In this document: one piece after another, positions 28,234 to 38,400 of the stretch
How the letters are laid out: each line of letters starts with the position of its first letter
Numbering within the stretch: position 1 is the stretch's first letter
Source of the DNA: Candidatus Ruthenibacterium merdavium
Lineage (GTDB): Bacteria; Bacillota; Clostridia; Oscillospirales; Ruminococcaceae
Assembly: GCA_019119935.1 (NCBI GenBank)
Contig: DWWA01000018.1
Span: 2,771-66,770, forward strand
DNA length: 64,000 nt
Reading direction: 5' to 3'
Notes under the pieces: model-generated
Told to the model about the DNA's origin: nothing
Databases searched by the model: none
The model's input: only the letters and a program-made list of their open reading frames with translations
Made by a program: the position numbers and the translations under genes

Positions 28234-29550
28234 TTACTCTCCGCGGCGCTGATTCTCCAAGGCCGCTTTCATTGCGTCCACCGCACGCAGCGCCAACTGT
28301 TCATAACGCTGACGCTTGTCGCGAATGCGCGTTTCGGGCGGCGGCAAAAGGCCCATGTTCGCCCCCATGGGCTGAAAATCTTTGCTTTGTGTTGTAATGT
28401 AGGAAAGCAATGCGCCCATCATGGTTTCCAGCGGATACTGCGGAACTTCCCAGCCGTGGCAGCGCGCCTCGATGGCGTGTGCAGCCAGCAAACCGCAGGC
28501 CGCGCTTTCCATATAGCCTTCAAAACCGGTGATCTGTCCGGCGAAAAATACGCTCGGATGCTGTTTCAAAGCCAGGTCTTTTCCCAGCAGAACCGGGCTG
28601 TTTAAAAACGTATTGCGATGCATTACGCCATAGCGCACAAACTCGGCATTTTCTAAGCCCGGAATCATGGAAAACACGCGCTTTTGCTCACCGAATTTTA
28701 AATTGGTCTGAAAGCCGACCAAATTGTACATCGTTCCCTCTGCGTTTTCGGCGCGAAGCTGTACATTTGCCCACGGCCGGTGACCCGTGCGCGGGTTTGT
28801 CAATCCGACGGGGCGAAGCGGCCCGTAGCGCATCGTGTCGGCACCGCGCTGCGCCATCACTTCAATGGGCATGCAGCCCTCGTACACGCCGCCTTTGTCA
28901 AACGCATGCAGTTCGGCGCGCTCGGCCGTGCGCAATGCTTCATAAAAGGCTTCATAACCCGCTTTGTCAAACGGACAGTTCAAATAGTCCGCCGTGCCGC
29001 GCCCGTAACGCGAAGCGGCAAATACCTTTTCCATATCAATGGAATCCGCCGTGACAATCGGCGCGGCCGCGTCGTAAAACGACAGCTCCTGCACACCCGT
29101 AAGACGTTTGATGTCTGCCGCGAGTGCTCCTTCCGTCAACGGGCCTGTTGCGACGAGCGTCAAGATGTCCTCGCCTTCATCAATCTGCATGACTTCCTGT
29201 TCCACAACGGTGATATTCGCATGCGTGCGCACCTTTTGCGTCACGCGCTCGGCAAACAAATCGCGGTCTACCGCCAGCGCACCGCCGGCGGCTACGCGGC
29301 ATTCTTCTGCGATGGGCAGAAGCGACGATCCCAGCAGCTTCATTTCGGCTTTGAGCAAGCCGGAAGCCGAGTCTAAACGGTCGGCCTTGAGCGAATTGGA
29401 GCAAACCAGCTCGGCAAAATTGCTGTTTTTATGCGCGGGCGAAAATTTCAGCGGTTTTTGCTCGTAAAGCGTTACGGCAAACCCACGGTCTGCCAGATAG
29501 AGCGCGGCTTCACAGCCTGCCAGCCCGGCGCCTAAAATGCGAATATTCAT
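28234..29550 (-). CDS. trmFO: Methylenetetrahydrofolate--tRNA-(uracil-54) methyltransferase TrmFO
   Basis: GAGLAGCEAA, AELVCSNS, YNLVGFQT, RYGVMHRN, AGQITGFEGY. Confidence 0.96.
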   Translation of the reverse strand: MNIRILGAGLAGCEAALYLADRGFAVTLYEQKPLKFSPAHKNSNFAELVCSNSLKADRLDSASGLLKAEMKLLGSSLLPIAEECRVAAGGALAVDRDLFAERVTQKVRTHANITVVEQEVMQIDEGEDILTLVATGPLTEGALAADIKRLTGVQELSFYDAAAPIVTADSIDMEKVFAASRYGRGTADYLNCPFDKAGYEAFYEALRTAERAELHAFDKGGVYEGCMPIEVMAQRGADTMRYGPLRPVGLTNPRTGHRPWANVQLRAENAEGTMYNLVGFQTNLKFGEQKRVFSMIPGLENAEFVRYGVMHRNTFLNSPVLLGKDLALKQHPSVFFAGQITGFEGYMESAACGLLAAHAIEARCHGWEVPQYPLETMMGALLSYITTQSKDFQPMGANMGLLPPPETRIRDKRQRYEQLALRAVDAMKAALENQRRGE

Positions 29551-29615
29551 ATCTGCTTCCTCTCTGTACTATTTGCCGCCCTGCATCCGCCGGACGGCGT
29601 TCGCATAAGCGGAGG

Positions 29616-31724
29616 TCATTCCTTCTTTTCTGCCGTCTGCGACGCGGGACGCTGATAGCCGCAGCCCTCTTTCTCGCACAGCAGCACACCATTTTTCCCG
29701 CCTTTTTTGAACAGCGTCGAGCCGCACTGCGGGCAATTCTCGGCGGTCGGCTCATTCCATGTCATAAAGTCGCACTCGGGATATTTTTCACAGCCGTAAT
29801 AGACACGGCCTTTTTTCGAGCGCCGCAGCAAAATTCTGCCGTGACATTTCGGGCATTCGCCCGGCATCGACTGCACCAAACGCTTTGTGTTCTTGCATTC
29901 GGGAAAACCGGGGCACGCCAAAAACTTGCCGTAGCGGCCGCTTTTAATCACCATCTTGCGCCCGCACTGCTCACAGATCTCGTCGGTTTCCTCGTCGGGC
30001 ACTTTAATTTTCTGGTCCTTCATGTTTTCCTCGGCCGCTTTCAGTGCCTTGTCAAACCCTTGGTAGAAATCATCAATCGCTTGGTGCCAATCCTCTTGGC
30101 CGTTTTCCACCTTGTCGAGGTTTTTCTCCATTTGCGCCGAGAATTTCACGTCGACAATGTCGGGGAACTGCTGCATCATCAAATCGTTAATCACGCGGCC
30201 GAGCGTCGTGGGAATCAGTTTTTTCTGCTCGCGCTCCACATAGTCGCGGTCAATGATAGTGGTAATAATCGGCGCATAAGTGGACGGGCGGCCAATGCCG
30301 TTTTCCTCCAGCGCCTTAATGAGTGCGGCTTCGGTGTAGCGTGCAGGCGGCTGGGTGAATTTCTGCTCGGGCTTCAATTCCCGCAGTTTGAGCACATCGC
30401 CCTCGGAAAGCGGCGGCAGGGCCGTTTCCTTCTTTTCCTTTTCGTCCGTTGCTTCTTCGTAAAGCACGGCAAAACCTTCAAACGTCACGACATAACCGCT
30501 TGCACGGAACAGATAATCCGCCGCGCTGATGTCTGCGGACACCGTGTCCTGCAAGCAATCTGCCATCTGGCTGGCAATAAAGCGGCTCCAAATCAAGCGA
30601 TACAGCTTCGCCGGGTCACCCGTGAGGCTTCTGTCCACTTCGTCGGGGGTCAAAGCCGGGTTTGTCGGGCGCACCGCTTCGTGCGCATCTTGGGCAGCGG
30701 TCGCACTGCGCGACTTATAGGTGCGCTTTGTCTTGCACACATAATCACTGCCCCAGTTTCCCTCAATAAACTCTTTTGCGGCGGCAACGGCTTCATCCGC
30801 AATGCGCAGGCTGTCCGTTCTCATGTAGGTAATCAAACCCATGGTTCCCTGCCCGGCAATCTCCACGCCTTCATACAGCGTCTGCGCCGCGCGCATGGTG
30901 CGCGTTGCCGTAAAGCCCAGGCGGCGGCTGGCTTCCTGTTGTAAGGTGGAAGTGATAAACGGCGGCGCGGGCGTCTTTTTGCGCTTTCCCTTTGTGAGAG
31001 AGCGCACCTCGTATACAGCGCCTTGCAAATCCTTTTCAATGGCGCGCGCCTGCTCCTCACTTTTCACTTCCAGCTTTTTGCCGTCTTTTCCGGCGGAAAG
31101 GCGGGCAGTAAATTTCTTTTGACTCGAAGGCGGAGAAAGCACCGCATCCACGTTCCAGTATTCCTGCGGTACAAACGCCTCAATTTCCTTTTCGCGGTCG
31201 ACAATCAGGCGCAGGGCCACGCTCTGCACACGGCCCGCGGAGAGTCCGCGGCGCACTTTGCGCCACAAAAACGGCGATAACTTATAGCCCACAAGGCGGT
31301 CAAGTACACGGCGCGCCTGCTGAGCATGGAACAAGTCCATGTCAATGGCACGCGGCGCGGCCATGCCTTGCGTGACGCCTTTTTTCGTAATCTCACCGAA
31401 CGTGACGCGGTTTTGTGCCGAAACATCCAGCCCCAGCAAATTGGCTAAATGCCAGCTGATGGCTTCGCCCTCGCGGTCCGGGTCGGTTGCGAGATACACA
31501 GCTTCGCTGTCCTTTGCCAGCGATTTCAGCTCCTTGATGATTTTTTCTTTGCCCTTGATGTTGATATACTGCGGGGCGTAGCCGTGCTCGATATCAATGC
31601 CGAGCTGGCTTGCGGGCAAATCGCGGATGTGTCCCATCGAGGCCGTCACCTCGTATCCGCTGCCCAAATATTTTCGAATGGTTTTCGCCTTTGCAGGCGA
31701 CTCCACAATCACTAATTTCGACAT
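29616..31724 (-). CDS. topA: DNA topoisomerase I
   Basis: IVESPAKAKTI, ATDPDREGEAI, SAGRVQS, LITYMRTDS, C-terminal Zn ribbons; start ATG 31724. Confidence 0.98.
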   Translation of the reverse strand: MSKLVIVESPAKAKTIRKYLGSGYEVTASMGHIRDLPASQLGIDIEHGYAPQYINIKGKEKIIKELKSLAKDSEAVYLATDPDREGEAISWHLANLLGLDVSAQNRVTFGEITKKGVTQGMAAPRAIDMDLFHAQQARRVLDRLVGYKLSPFLWRKVRRGLSAGRVQSVALRLIVDREKEIEAFVPQEYWNVDAVLSPPSSQKKFTARLSAGKDGKKLEVKSEEQARAIEKDLQGAVYEVRSLTKGKRKKTPAPPFITSTLQQEASRRLGFTATRTMRAAQTLYEGVEIAGQGTMGLITYMRTDSLRIADEAVAAAKEFIEGNWGSDYVCKTKRTYKSRSATAAQDAHEAVRPTNPALTPDEVDRSLTGDPAKLYRLIWSRFIASQMADCLQDTVSADISAADYLFRASGYVVTFEGFAVLYEEATDEKEKKETALPPLSEGDVLKLRELKPEQKFTQPPARYTEAALIKALEENGIGRPSTYAPIITTIIDRDYVEREQKKLIPTTLGRVINDLMMQQFPDIVDVKFSAQMEKNLDKVENGQEDWHQAIDDFYQGFDKALKAAEENMKDQKIKVPDEETDEICEQCGRKMVIKSGRYGKFLACPGFPECKNTKRLVQSMPGECPKCHGRILLRRSKKGRVYYGCEKYPECDFMTWNEPTAENCPQCGSTLFKKGGKNGVLLCEKEGCGYQRPASQTAEKKE

Positions 31725-31852
31725 AAAAACCTGTTCTCTCCTCCGACCCACTCAAGCGTCAATCATTCCGGCATGATGGGGATGGTGCGGCAGTGCGCAG
31801 CGGCAGTGCCGGTCTATTCTTCTTTCTAATCGTCGCGCTGTCAGCCGCGCGT

Positions 31853-32998
31853 TTATTTTAACACATATTGACGTCCCGGAAGCGCGCGGATCAGCCCGCA
31901 CAGTTCCAGCTCTGTCAGCCCGGCCATCACTTTGGCTGTGGGCATTCCTGTCTTTTCACAAAGCACCGCAAGCGGCTGTGCCTGCCCGCCCATGGCGCGG
32001 TAAACGGCATCGGCGCTTTCCGATAAGTTCAGGCTCTCTTCGTGCCCGGCCGCCTGCTCGCTTTTCTCCTGTGGCGATGTTTGTACATTTTGCTTTTCGT
32101 CGTTCGGCTGCAAATCGTAAAAATCCAAAATATCTTCACCGCAAACTGCCACCTGCGCACCTTCCGCCAACAGATGATTCGTTCCTTCGCTGAGCGGTGA
32201 AAAAATGCTGCCCGGAACGGCAAACACGTCGCGCCCGTATTCCAGCGCGGCGCTGACGGTATTCATCGTGCCCGATGCGCGTTTCGCCTCCGCCACGCAG
32301 ATCCCCTGCGAAAGCCCGGCAATCAGGCGATTGCGCTGCAAAAAGAAATCCTTGCGCGGCGGCATGTGGGGCGGATACTCCCCAATCACCAATCCGTGTT
32401 CTTCCAGCAAAGTTTTCAGCTTTTTGTGCGCACCGGGATAACAGTGCTCGTGACCGAACGCAATGCATGCAACGGTCGGCGCTTTTTCCCGAAGCGCAAT
32501 TTTGTGTGCCTCGCTGTCGAGCCCGCTGGCTAAACCCGAGATCAAGGCAACTCCCGCTTTCGCCAAAGGTTCGGCAATGCGTGCCGTCGCCTCGACACCG
32601 TAGGCAGACGGCTTGCGCGCTCCGACAATTGCAAATGTGAAGCACCTTTGCAAAATCGTGATATCGCCCCGATAGTAAAGCACCGGGGGCGGCGCCGGAA
32701 TTTCACGCAAAAGCGCGGGATAATCGTCCTCATCGTAGCAGACGACAGACACGCCGTTTTGCCGGCATTCGTCCAAGCGCGCCACAAAATCCTCCGGCTC
32801 GGCAGCATGCAGGCCGCGCAGTTGGGAAGGGTTCAGAATACACGAAAGGTCGGTGGTGAAGAGCTCTTCAAACAATATCTGCGGATGCTCGTACATGCGC
32901 AGGATATCGCCCGCCTGCACCGCCGCCGGGCCGAGCGCATCCGCCAGCCAAAGCCAGAGTGCGCGCTTTTCTTCCGGCGTTTGAAACCGCTTGTTCAT
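31853..32998 (-). CDS. dprA: DNA-processing protein DprA
   Basis: AIVGARKPSAYG, ISGLASGLDSEAH, RNRLIAGLS, SGTMNT, GRDVFAVPG, C-terminal winged helix; start ATG 32998. Confidence 0.95.
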   Translation of the reverse strand: MNKRFQTPEEKRALWLWLADALGPAAVQAGDILRMYEHPQILFEELFTTDLSCILNPSQLRGLHAAEPEDFVARLDECRQNGVSVVCYDEDDYPALLREIPAPPPVLYYRGDITILQRCFTFAIVGARKPSAYGVEATARIAEPLAKAGVALISGLASGLDSEAHKIALREKAPTVACIAFGHEHCYPGAHKKLKTLLEEHGLVIGEYPPHMPPRKDFFLQRNRLIAGLSQGICVAEAKRASGTMNTVSAALEYGRDVFAVPGSIFSPLSEGTNHLLAEGAQVAVCGEDILDFYDLQPNDEKQNVQTSPQEKSEQAAGHEESLNLSESADAVYRAMGGQAQPLAVLCEKTGMPTAKVMAGLTELELCGLIRALPGRQYVLK

Positions 32999-33780
32999 TG
33001 CGCCGCCTCCTCTAAGCTGCGAAAATGCCAAAGCAGAATGCTGCCCGCTACGGCGGCGTTGAGAGATTCAACATTCGGCATCATCGGAATGCGAACCGTA
33101 ACATCCGCCAGCGCCACCGCCTCATCTGTCAAGCCGTTGCCCTCGTTGCCGATGAGCACCGCAAGGCCGGCATCCGTCAGTGCCGGAGCTTGTTCCAGTG
33201 AAACGGCACGTTCCAGCGCAGCGGCATACAGCGCAATGTTCGCCGCTCTGAGCGCCTTTGCCAGTTCGTTTACATCGTCATAACAGGCGTACCGCAGCTT
33301 TGCCACAGCGCCCATTCCCGCGCGCAGCACCTTGGGCGAAAACCAATCCGCACAATGGCTGCAAAGCAGCACGCCTTCAAAGCCAAACGCCGACGCGCTG
33401 CGCAGCAAAGCACCAAGGTTTGCCGGGTCCTGCACATGCTCCAGCGCCAAATAGCGTCCGCCGGAGCGCAAGGTTTCCAGCGGGGCGGGGCGCTCAAACA
33501 GCGCGAATACACCCTGCGTGGTTTTCGTGTCCGACAGCTTTTCAGCTACTGCGTCGGAAATTTCAAACGTCTGCGCCGCAAGGTTTGTCAGCTCGGGATG
33601 CTCGGACAGCATTTTTTCGGTGGCATATAACTCCCGCGCGGGCAGATACTGCGCAATGTCGCGGCAAAGCCGCAGCCCCTCCGCCAAAAAGCCTCCTGTT
33701 TCGGCGCGCTCCTTTGCGCTGTCGCGCAAACGGCACAGCGCTTTTACTTTTTCTGCCGTTCTGCTTTGTAATCTTTGCAC
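32995..33780 (-). CDS. TrmH/SpoU family RNA methyltransferase
   Basis: VQDPANLGALLRSA, GNEGNGL, IPM...ESLNAAVA. Confidence 0.93.
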   Translation of the reverse strand: MQRLQSRTAEKVKALCRLRDSAKERAETGGFLAEGLRLCRDIAQYLPARELYATEKMLSEHPELTNLAAQTFEISDAVAEKLSDTKTTQGVFALFERPAPLETLRSGGRYLALEHVQDPANLGALLRSASAFGFEGVLLCSHCADWFSPKVLRAGMGAVAKLRYACYDDVNELAKALRAANIALYAAALERAVSLEQAPALTDAGLAVLIGNEGNGLTDEAVALADVTVRIPMMPNVESLNAAVAGSILLWHFRSLEEAAQ

Positions 33781-33891
33781 CCCTGGTCCCCCTTTATACT
33801 ACTATGCGCCGCATGAGCGAAAAAAAACAGCTTCTGCACAGCGGGGCGCCGCGCCGCCAAAAGCGGTGTGCGGCATCAATTTCCCCATGCA

Positions 33892-33928
33892 AACATACGC
33901 CCGGGCAAACCTGCACGGGCGTATGTTT
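33892..33928 (-). terminator. Hairpin (probable terminator) after rplT
   Basis: AAACATACGCCCG...CGGGCGTATGTTT 13-bp inverted repeat. Confidence 0.65.
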
Positions 33929-33987
33929 CTTGCTTTTATTGCTGTACAAAAAAGCTGTCTGCATCGTCCGTTAAAACGAAACAATGC

Positions 33988-34347
33988 TTATTTTGCAATT
34001 GCTTTCTTGGCAGTTTCCACCAAAGCGCTGAAGCTGGCAGCATCGTTGATTGCCATCTCAGACAGCATTTTGCGGTTCAGCTCGATGCCGCTCTTCTTCA
34101 AACCGTTCATGAAAGCGGAATAGCTGATGCCCTGTGCGCGGCAGCCTGCGTTGATGCGGGTGATCCACAGCTTGCGGAAATCGCGTTTTTTGTGCTTACG
34201 GCCGATGAAAGCGTAGTTACCGCTCTTCATGACCTGCTGTTTAGCCATTTTAAAATGTTTGGACTTGCTGCCGTAGTAACCTTTCGCCAGCTTCAAAGTC
34301 TTTTTTCTTCTTTTACGCGTCATCATTGCGCCTTTGATACGAGCCAT
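33988..34347 (-). CDS. rplT: 50S ribosomal protein L20
   Basis: MARIKG...AKGYYG...[15 protein letters not shown]...NRKMLSEMA. Confidence 0.98.
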   Translation of the reverse strand: MARIKGAMMTRKRRKKTLKLAKGYYGSKSKHFKMAKQQVMKSGNYAFIGRKHKKRDFRKLWITRINAGCRAQGISYSAFMNGLKKSGIELNRKMLSEMAINDAASFSALVETAKKAIAK

Positions 34348-34458
34348 ATTATAATCTCTCCTTAACTGTTATCTGTCATAAAATTTCCCGCCGATCCGGC
34401 GGCTTCATGGACGGAGCGCACCCTCTCGGCGCGGGCTCCGCCGCCTTTCGCCAAAAAA

Positions 34459-34662
34459 TTAGGCGTAGGGCAGCATGCGCTTCACAGCAGCTGCATTCGT
34501 CTTGTCTGCATAGGAAGACTTGCGATAGCCGCGTTTCAGCTTTGTGGATTTCTTGGTCAGAATATGGCTGCGGAAAGCGTGGCCGCGTTTCACTTTGCCG
34601 TTCTTCGTCAGTTTAAAGCGTTTTTTCGCGCCGGAATGAGTTTTGATTTTGTACTTAGCCAT
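34459..34662 (-). CDS. rpmI: 50S ribosomal protein L35
   Basis: [13 protein letters not shown]...HILTKK. Confidence 0.97.
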   Translation of the reverse strand: MAKYKIKTHSGAKKRFKLTKNGKVKRGHAFRSHILTKKSTKLKRGYRKSSYADKTNAAAVKRMLPYA

Positions 34663-34675
34663 TTTTATTTCCTCC

Positions 34676-35203
34676 TCAATTTTGCTTCGCCGGGGCAGGG
34701 GCTAAAAACATTTGCATGCTGCGCCCCTCAAGTTTGGGCTGCTTTTCTACGGTCGCACTGCCCTCTAAGGCTGCTGCAAAGCGCTTGTGAACTTCAAGGC
34801 CCAGGTTGCTGTGCGCCATTTCGCGGCCACGGAACCGAATGGAAACCTTAACCTTATCACCCTTTGCCAGAAACTTTGCAGCCTGGTTCACCTTGGTATT
34901 GAAGTCGTTGGTGTCGATATTCAAAGACAGGCGAATTTCCTTGATGTCAACGGTTTTCTGGTTCTTTTTTGCTTCCTTGTCGCGCTTTTGCATCTCGAAG
35001 CGGTATTTGCCGTAATCGAGAATTTTGCATACAGGCGGCTGTGCCTGCGGAGCGATCTTGACAAGGTCAAGATTCTTCTCTTCTGCGCGGCGCAGAGCGT
35101 CCCGAACCGACAGAATGCCCAGCTGGCTTCCGTCCGCATCAATCACGCGCACCTCTTTGTCACGAATATCTTCGTTGATTTCCAGTTCTTTTTTGCCGCT
35201 AAT
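34676..35203 (-). CDS. infC: Translation initiation factor IF-3 (ATT start)
   Basis: [37 protein letters not shown]; ATT at 35203 lies 7 nt after GGAGGT and no in-frame ATG follows the leader. Confidence 0.96.
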   Translation of the reverse strand: MSGKKELEINEDIRDKEVRVIDADGSQLGILSVRDALRRAEEKNLDLVKIAPQAQPPVCKILDYGKYRFEMQKRDKEAKKNQKTVDIKEIRLSLNIDTNDFNTKVNQAAKFLAKGDKVKVSIRFRGREMAHSNLGLEVHKRFAAALEGSATVEKQPKLEGRSMQMFLAPAPAKQN

Positions 35204-35235
35204 CGTAAAGCACCTCCAAAATAATCTATCGAAAC

Positions 35236-35370
35236 AAAAAATACGGCTGCCGTGAAGGCAGCCGCAATGACACACGAAATATTCCCCTTATCCGGGAAAG
35301 CTTGCATGATAAACCCGCCGCCTTTGTGGCGATCAAGGTGAGCCGGCTGCCAGCCGGAGCTACTTTGTTT
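35236..35370 (-). promoter_or_regulatory. L20 ribosomal-protein leader with terminator
   Basis: AAGTAG...CTCACCT...GGGTTT layout upstream of infC, ending in GCGGCTGCC-ttcac-GGCAGCCGTATTTTTT. Confidence 0.8.
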
Positions 35371-35378
35371 GCTCTGTT

Positions 35379-35407
35379 ATTCTAACGCACTTTTCATCAT
35401 TTGTCAA
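35379..35407 (-). promoter_or_regulatory. Sigma-A promoter of infC-rpmI-rplT
   Basis: TTGACA-17 bp-TAGAAT. Confidence 0.85.
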
Positions 35408-35414
35408 GCACTTT

Positions 35415-38400
35415 TTACGCAATCGGCACATCAATTTCTTTTGACAAGTGCAGCGAATAAATCGTGCATTTTTTCACCGGCAGGGAAAGCTTTTTTTCCA
35501 AAGCCGCCCGGTACAGCAAAAGCTGGCGGCGGTATTTTTCCCGCAAGATTTCACCGTCGCGCACATGGTCGGTTTTATAGTCCACAATTTCCACGCCGTC
35601 GTCAAACACCAACACCGCATCGGCAATGCCCTGCACTGCCACGGGCCGCATGGCAAAGCGCTCGTCTAAATCAGCCTGTACATATTTCGCGGGTACAGCG
35701 GTGAAAAAAGCGTATTCACGCAGCAGCTTTTTTGCACTGCACATCCGCTTGCAAACCGCCGAATGAAGAAACGCTTCCAGCGCGCCGCGATCGGCATGGC
35801 GCACGGTGTGCTCTGTCAGCCAGCCGCCTTCGCGCAAGCGCTCAAGCTCGGCGTTTAAATCCTCGCGCGCATGCTCAAAGCTTGCAAATTGCAAAACTGC
35901 ATGCATCGCAGTGCCGCGCTCGGCCGCCGTCATTTTTTCTTTTTGCAAAAATGCCGGGCGCTGGAGCTGCTCGGCATAGCCGCCGTGTGTCAGTTCGGAA
36001 ACGCTCAGTTTCACCGGCAGGCTTGCCAGTGCTTCGTCGGGATATTTTGCCGCAAAGCTGCGCATGAGCGTTTCATACAGCTCTTTGTCGGGTTCGGCAC
36101 GGCTTTGGAGTTCCTGCACGGGCAATGCTTCCTGCCCGTCTTGACTCTCGCTGAAACTTGCCGTGATGCTGCCCTCGGCGGCAATCAGCGGCAAGCCGGC
36201 TGCGCCCGCGCACTTTCGCAGGCTGTGTGCATCCGGGTGCAGTAAAGCGGCCATACAAAGCCAATCGGCAAAGCAGGACGCATTTTGTGTCAAATACGGC
36301 ACCGCCCCGCCTTGGCCCTCGAGCCGCAGCGCAAGCTTTGACAAATAGCTTTCGGGGCTTTTCACCGCCGCCGAAACAAACAGTTTATCACGGGCGCGCG
36401 TTAAGGCAACGTATAAAATGCGCATTTCCTCGCTGATGGTTTCCTGCTTTTGCAAAAGGCACACCGCGCGCTGGGGCACGGTAGAAAACAGCCCGCCCTC
36501 TTCGCGCAGATTAAGCCCCACCCCGAGTTCAGCGTGAAACACCACGGGATCATACGCGTCGCGCATGTAAAATTTTCGCTCGCACTGCGCCAAAAACACT
36601 ACGGGAAATTCCAAGCCCTTTGAGCGGTGAATGGTCATAATGGAAACACTGCCCTGCGCCAGAACGGGCGGCGCACTTGCAACGGGCGCACCGCTTTCAA
36701 GCACATGATCCACCATTCGCAGAAATGCCGCCAGCCCGTTTTCCCCGGCTGTTCGGGCGAACGCAGTAAAAGCGCGCAGGTTTTCACGCCGCGCTGTGCC
36801 GTTTTCCATCGCACCCACCGCCGCAAAATAATGCGTGCGGGCCAAAATTTCCTCGCACAAAATATCAACTGGCTCGGTTGCCGCCAAACGCCGCAGGGTG
36901 TGCAAAAGCGCTGCAAAGCGCTGCATTTTCTCGTCCTCGCTTTGCAGCAGTGCGCCGTAAAGCGAGGTATCCGGGCACGAAAGGCGCAGCGCCGCCAAAT
37001 CGTCGGGCAAAAAGCCAAACATGGGCGACAGCATCGCACCTGCCAGCGCCACATCTTTGGCAGGGTTATCAATCACACGCAGCAGGCAAAGCAGCGGCGC
37101 AGCCTCTGTGCTGGAAATGGGGTCTTCGCCCGCATCGGCACAGGCCGGAACACCGCACAGCGCCATCGCCGTTTCATAAGCGGTAAAGTGACTGCGCGTA
37201 CGCAGCAAAATGCAAAAATCGCCAAAATTGCACGGGCGTGTCGTCCCGCCCTTTTCGCGCACCAAAAAGCCCTCTCGCACCATGTGAACGATGCGGCGTG
37301 CAATCATCTGCGCGTCGCCCGACTCGTCGCCGTCCCCGTCCTCGGCTAACAGCACTTCCATTGGGCCGCCGTCATAGCCGTCACGAATCCCGGCGTGCAG
37401 AGCTTCATCCCCTTCATACGCAACGCCGCCCACTGCGCGGCTCATAATGGTGCGGAACACATCATTGATTGCCCCAATCACATTTTCTGCGCTGCGGAAA
37501 TTGTTTGCCAATGTGATGGTCATGGGGTGTGCGCCGTTTGGCTGATACGGGGCAAAGGTATCCTTTTTCTGCAAAAAGCTGCGCGGGTCTGCCATGCGGA
37601 AACGGTAAATGCTCTGTTTCACGTCGCCCACAAAAAAGAGGTTCGATTCATCTTCATTTGCAAGACAGCGGTAAAGCTGGGCTTGAATGGTGTTGGTGTC
37701 TTGGTATTCGTCCACCATCACGGCATCATACCGCGTCGCCACCTGACGGGCAATTGCCGTTTTTCCGCCGTTTTCATCGCACAGCAAGCGCAGGGCCAAA
37801 TGCTCAAAATCGCTGTATTCGAGCGCTTTTTCCTCCATTTTTGCTTGATAAAACAGGGCTTCAAAGCGCTTTACCGCGCGTGCTAAAGCGCGCAGCAGCG
37901 GAGCAATGCGCGCACGGTCGGCACAAAATTCTTCTTCCGTGCAGAAAAAGACACCCTCCTGCAAGCCGCTCAAAATCCCCTTCACCTCTTTGCGCAGAGT
38001 TTGCACGGCTTCCTTTATGCCTTCGTCCGCTCCTTTTGCAGCGCGCAGAGAAGCAGCCTTATAGCTTTGCGCTTGCACGGAAGCACTGTCCCAGCGCCCT
38101 TGGTCAATGAGCGCCTTGAGCGCAATGACAAAGGCCATATCATCCTCCAGCGCGGGCAGATAGCTCTTTGTCAGCACTTCATCTTCGCGGCAAAGTGCGG
38201 CGGCATTTTTCAAAATCGCCATTGCACTGTCTACTGCATTTGCGGCATGGCTCAAAAGAGTCTTTCCCCAAAGCGTGCTGCCCAAAGGCTCGTCCGACTC
38301 ATACTGACGGCAAAACTTCTCCATGGCGGCGTGGGGGCTGGGCAGCGTGCGCAGAAAGTCGTAAAACGCCAGCACGCTGGAAGCGGCAAAGTCATCTGTG

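Noticed and set aside
31740-31850. GC-rich spacer between dprA and topA with a duplicated GCACTGCCGC decamer
   Set aside because: Short repeat with no ORF, consistent structure or promoter logic; insufficient support
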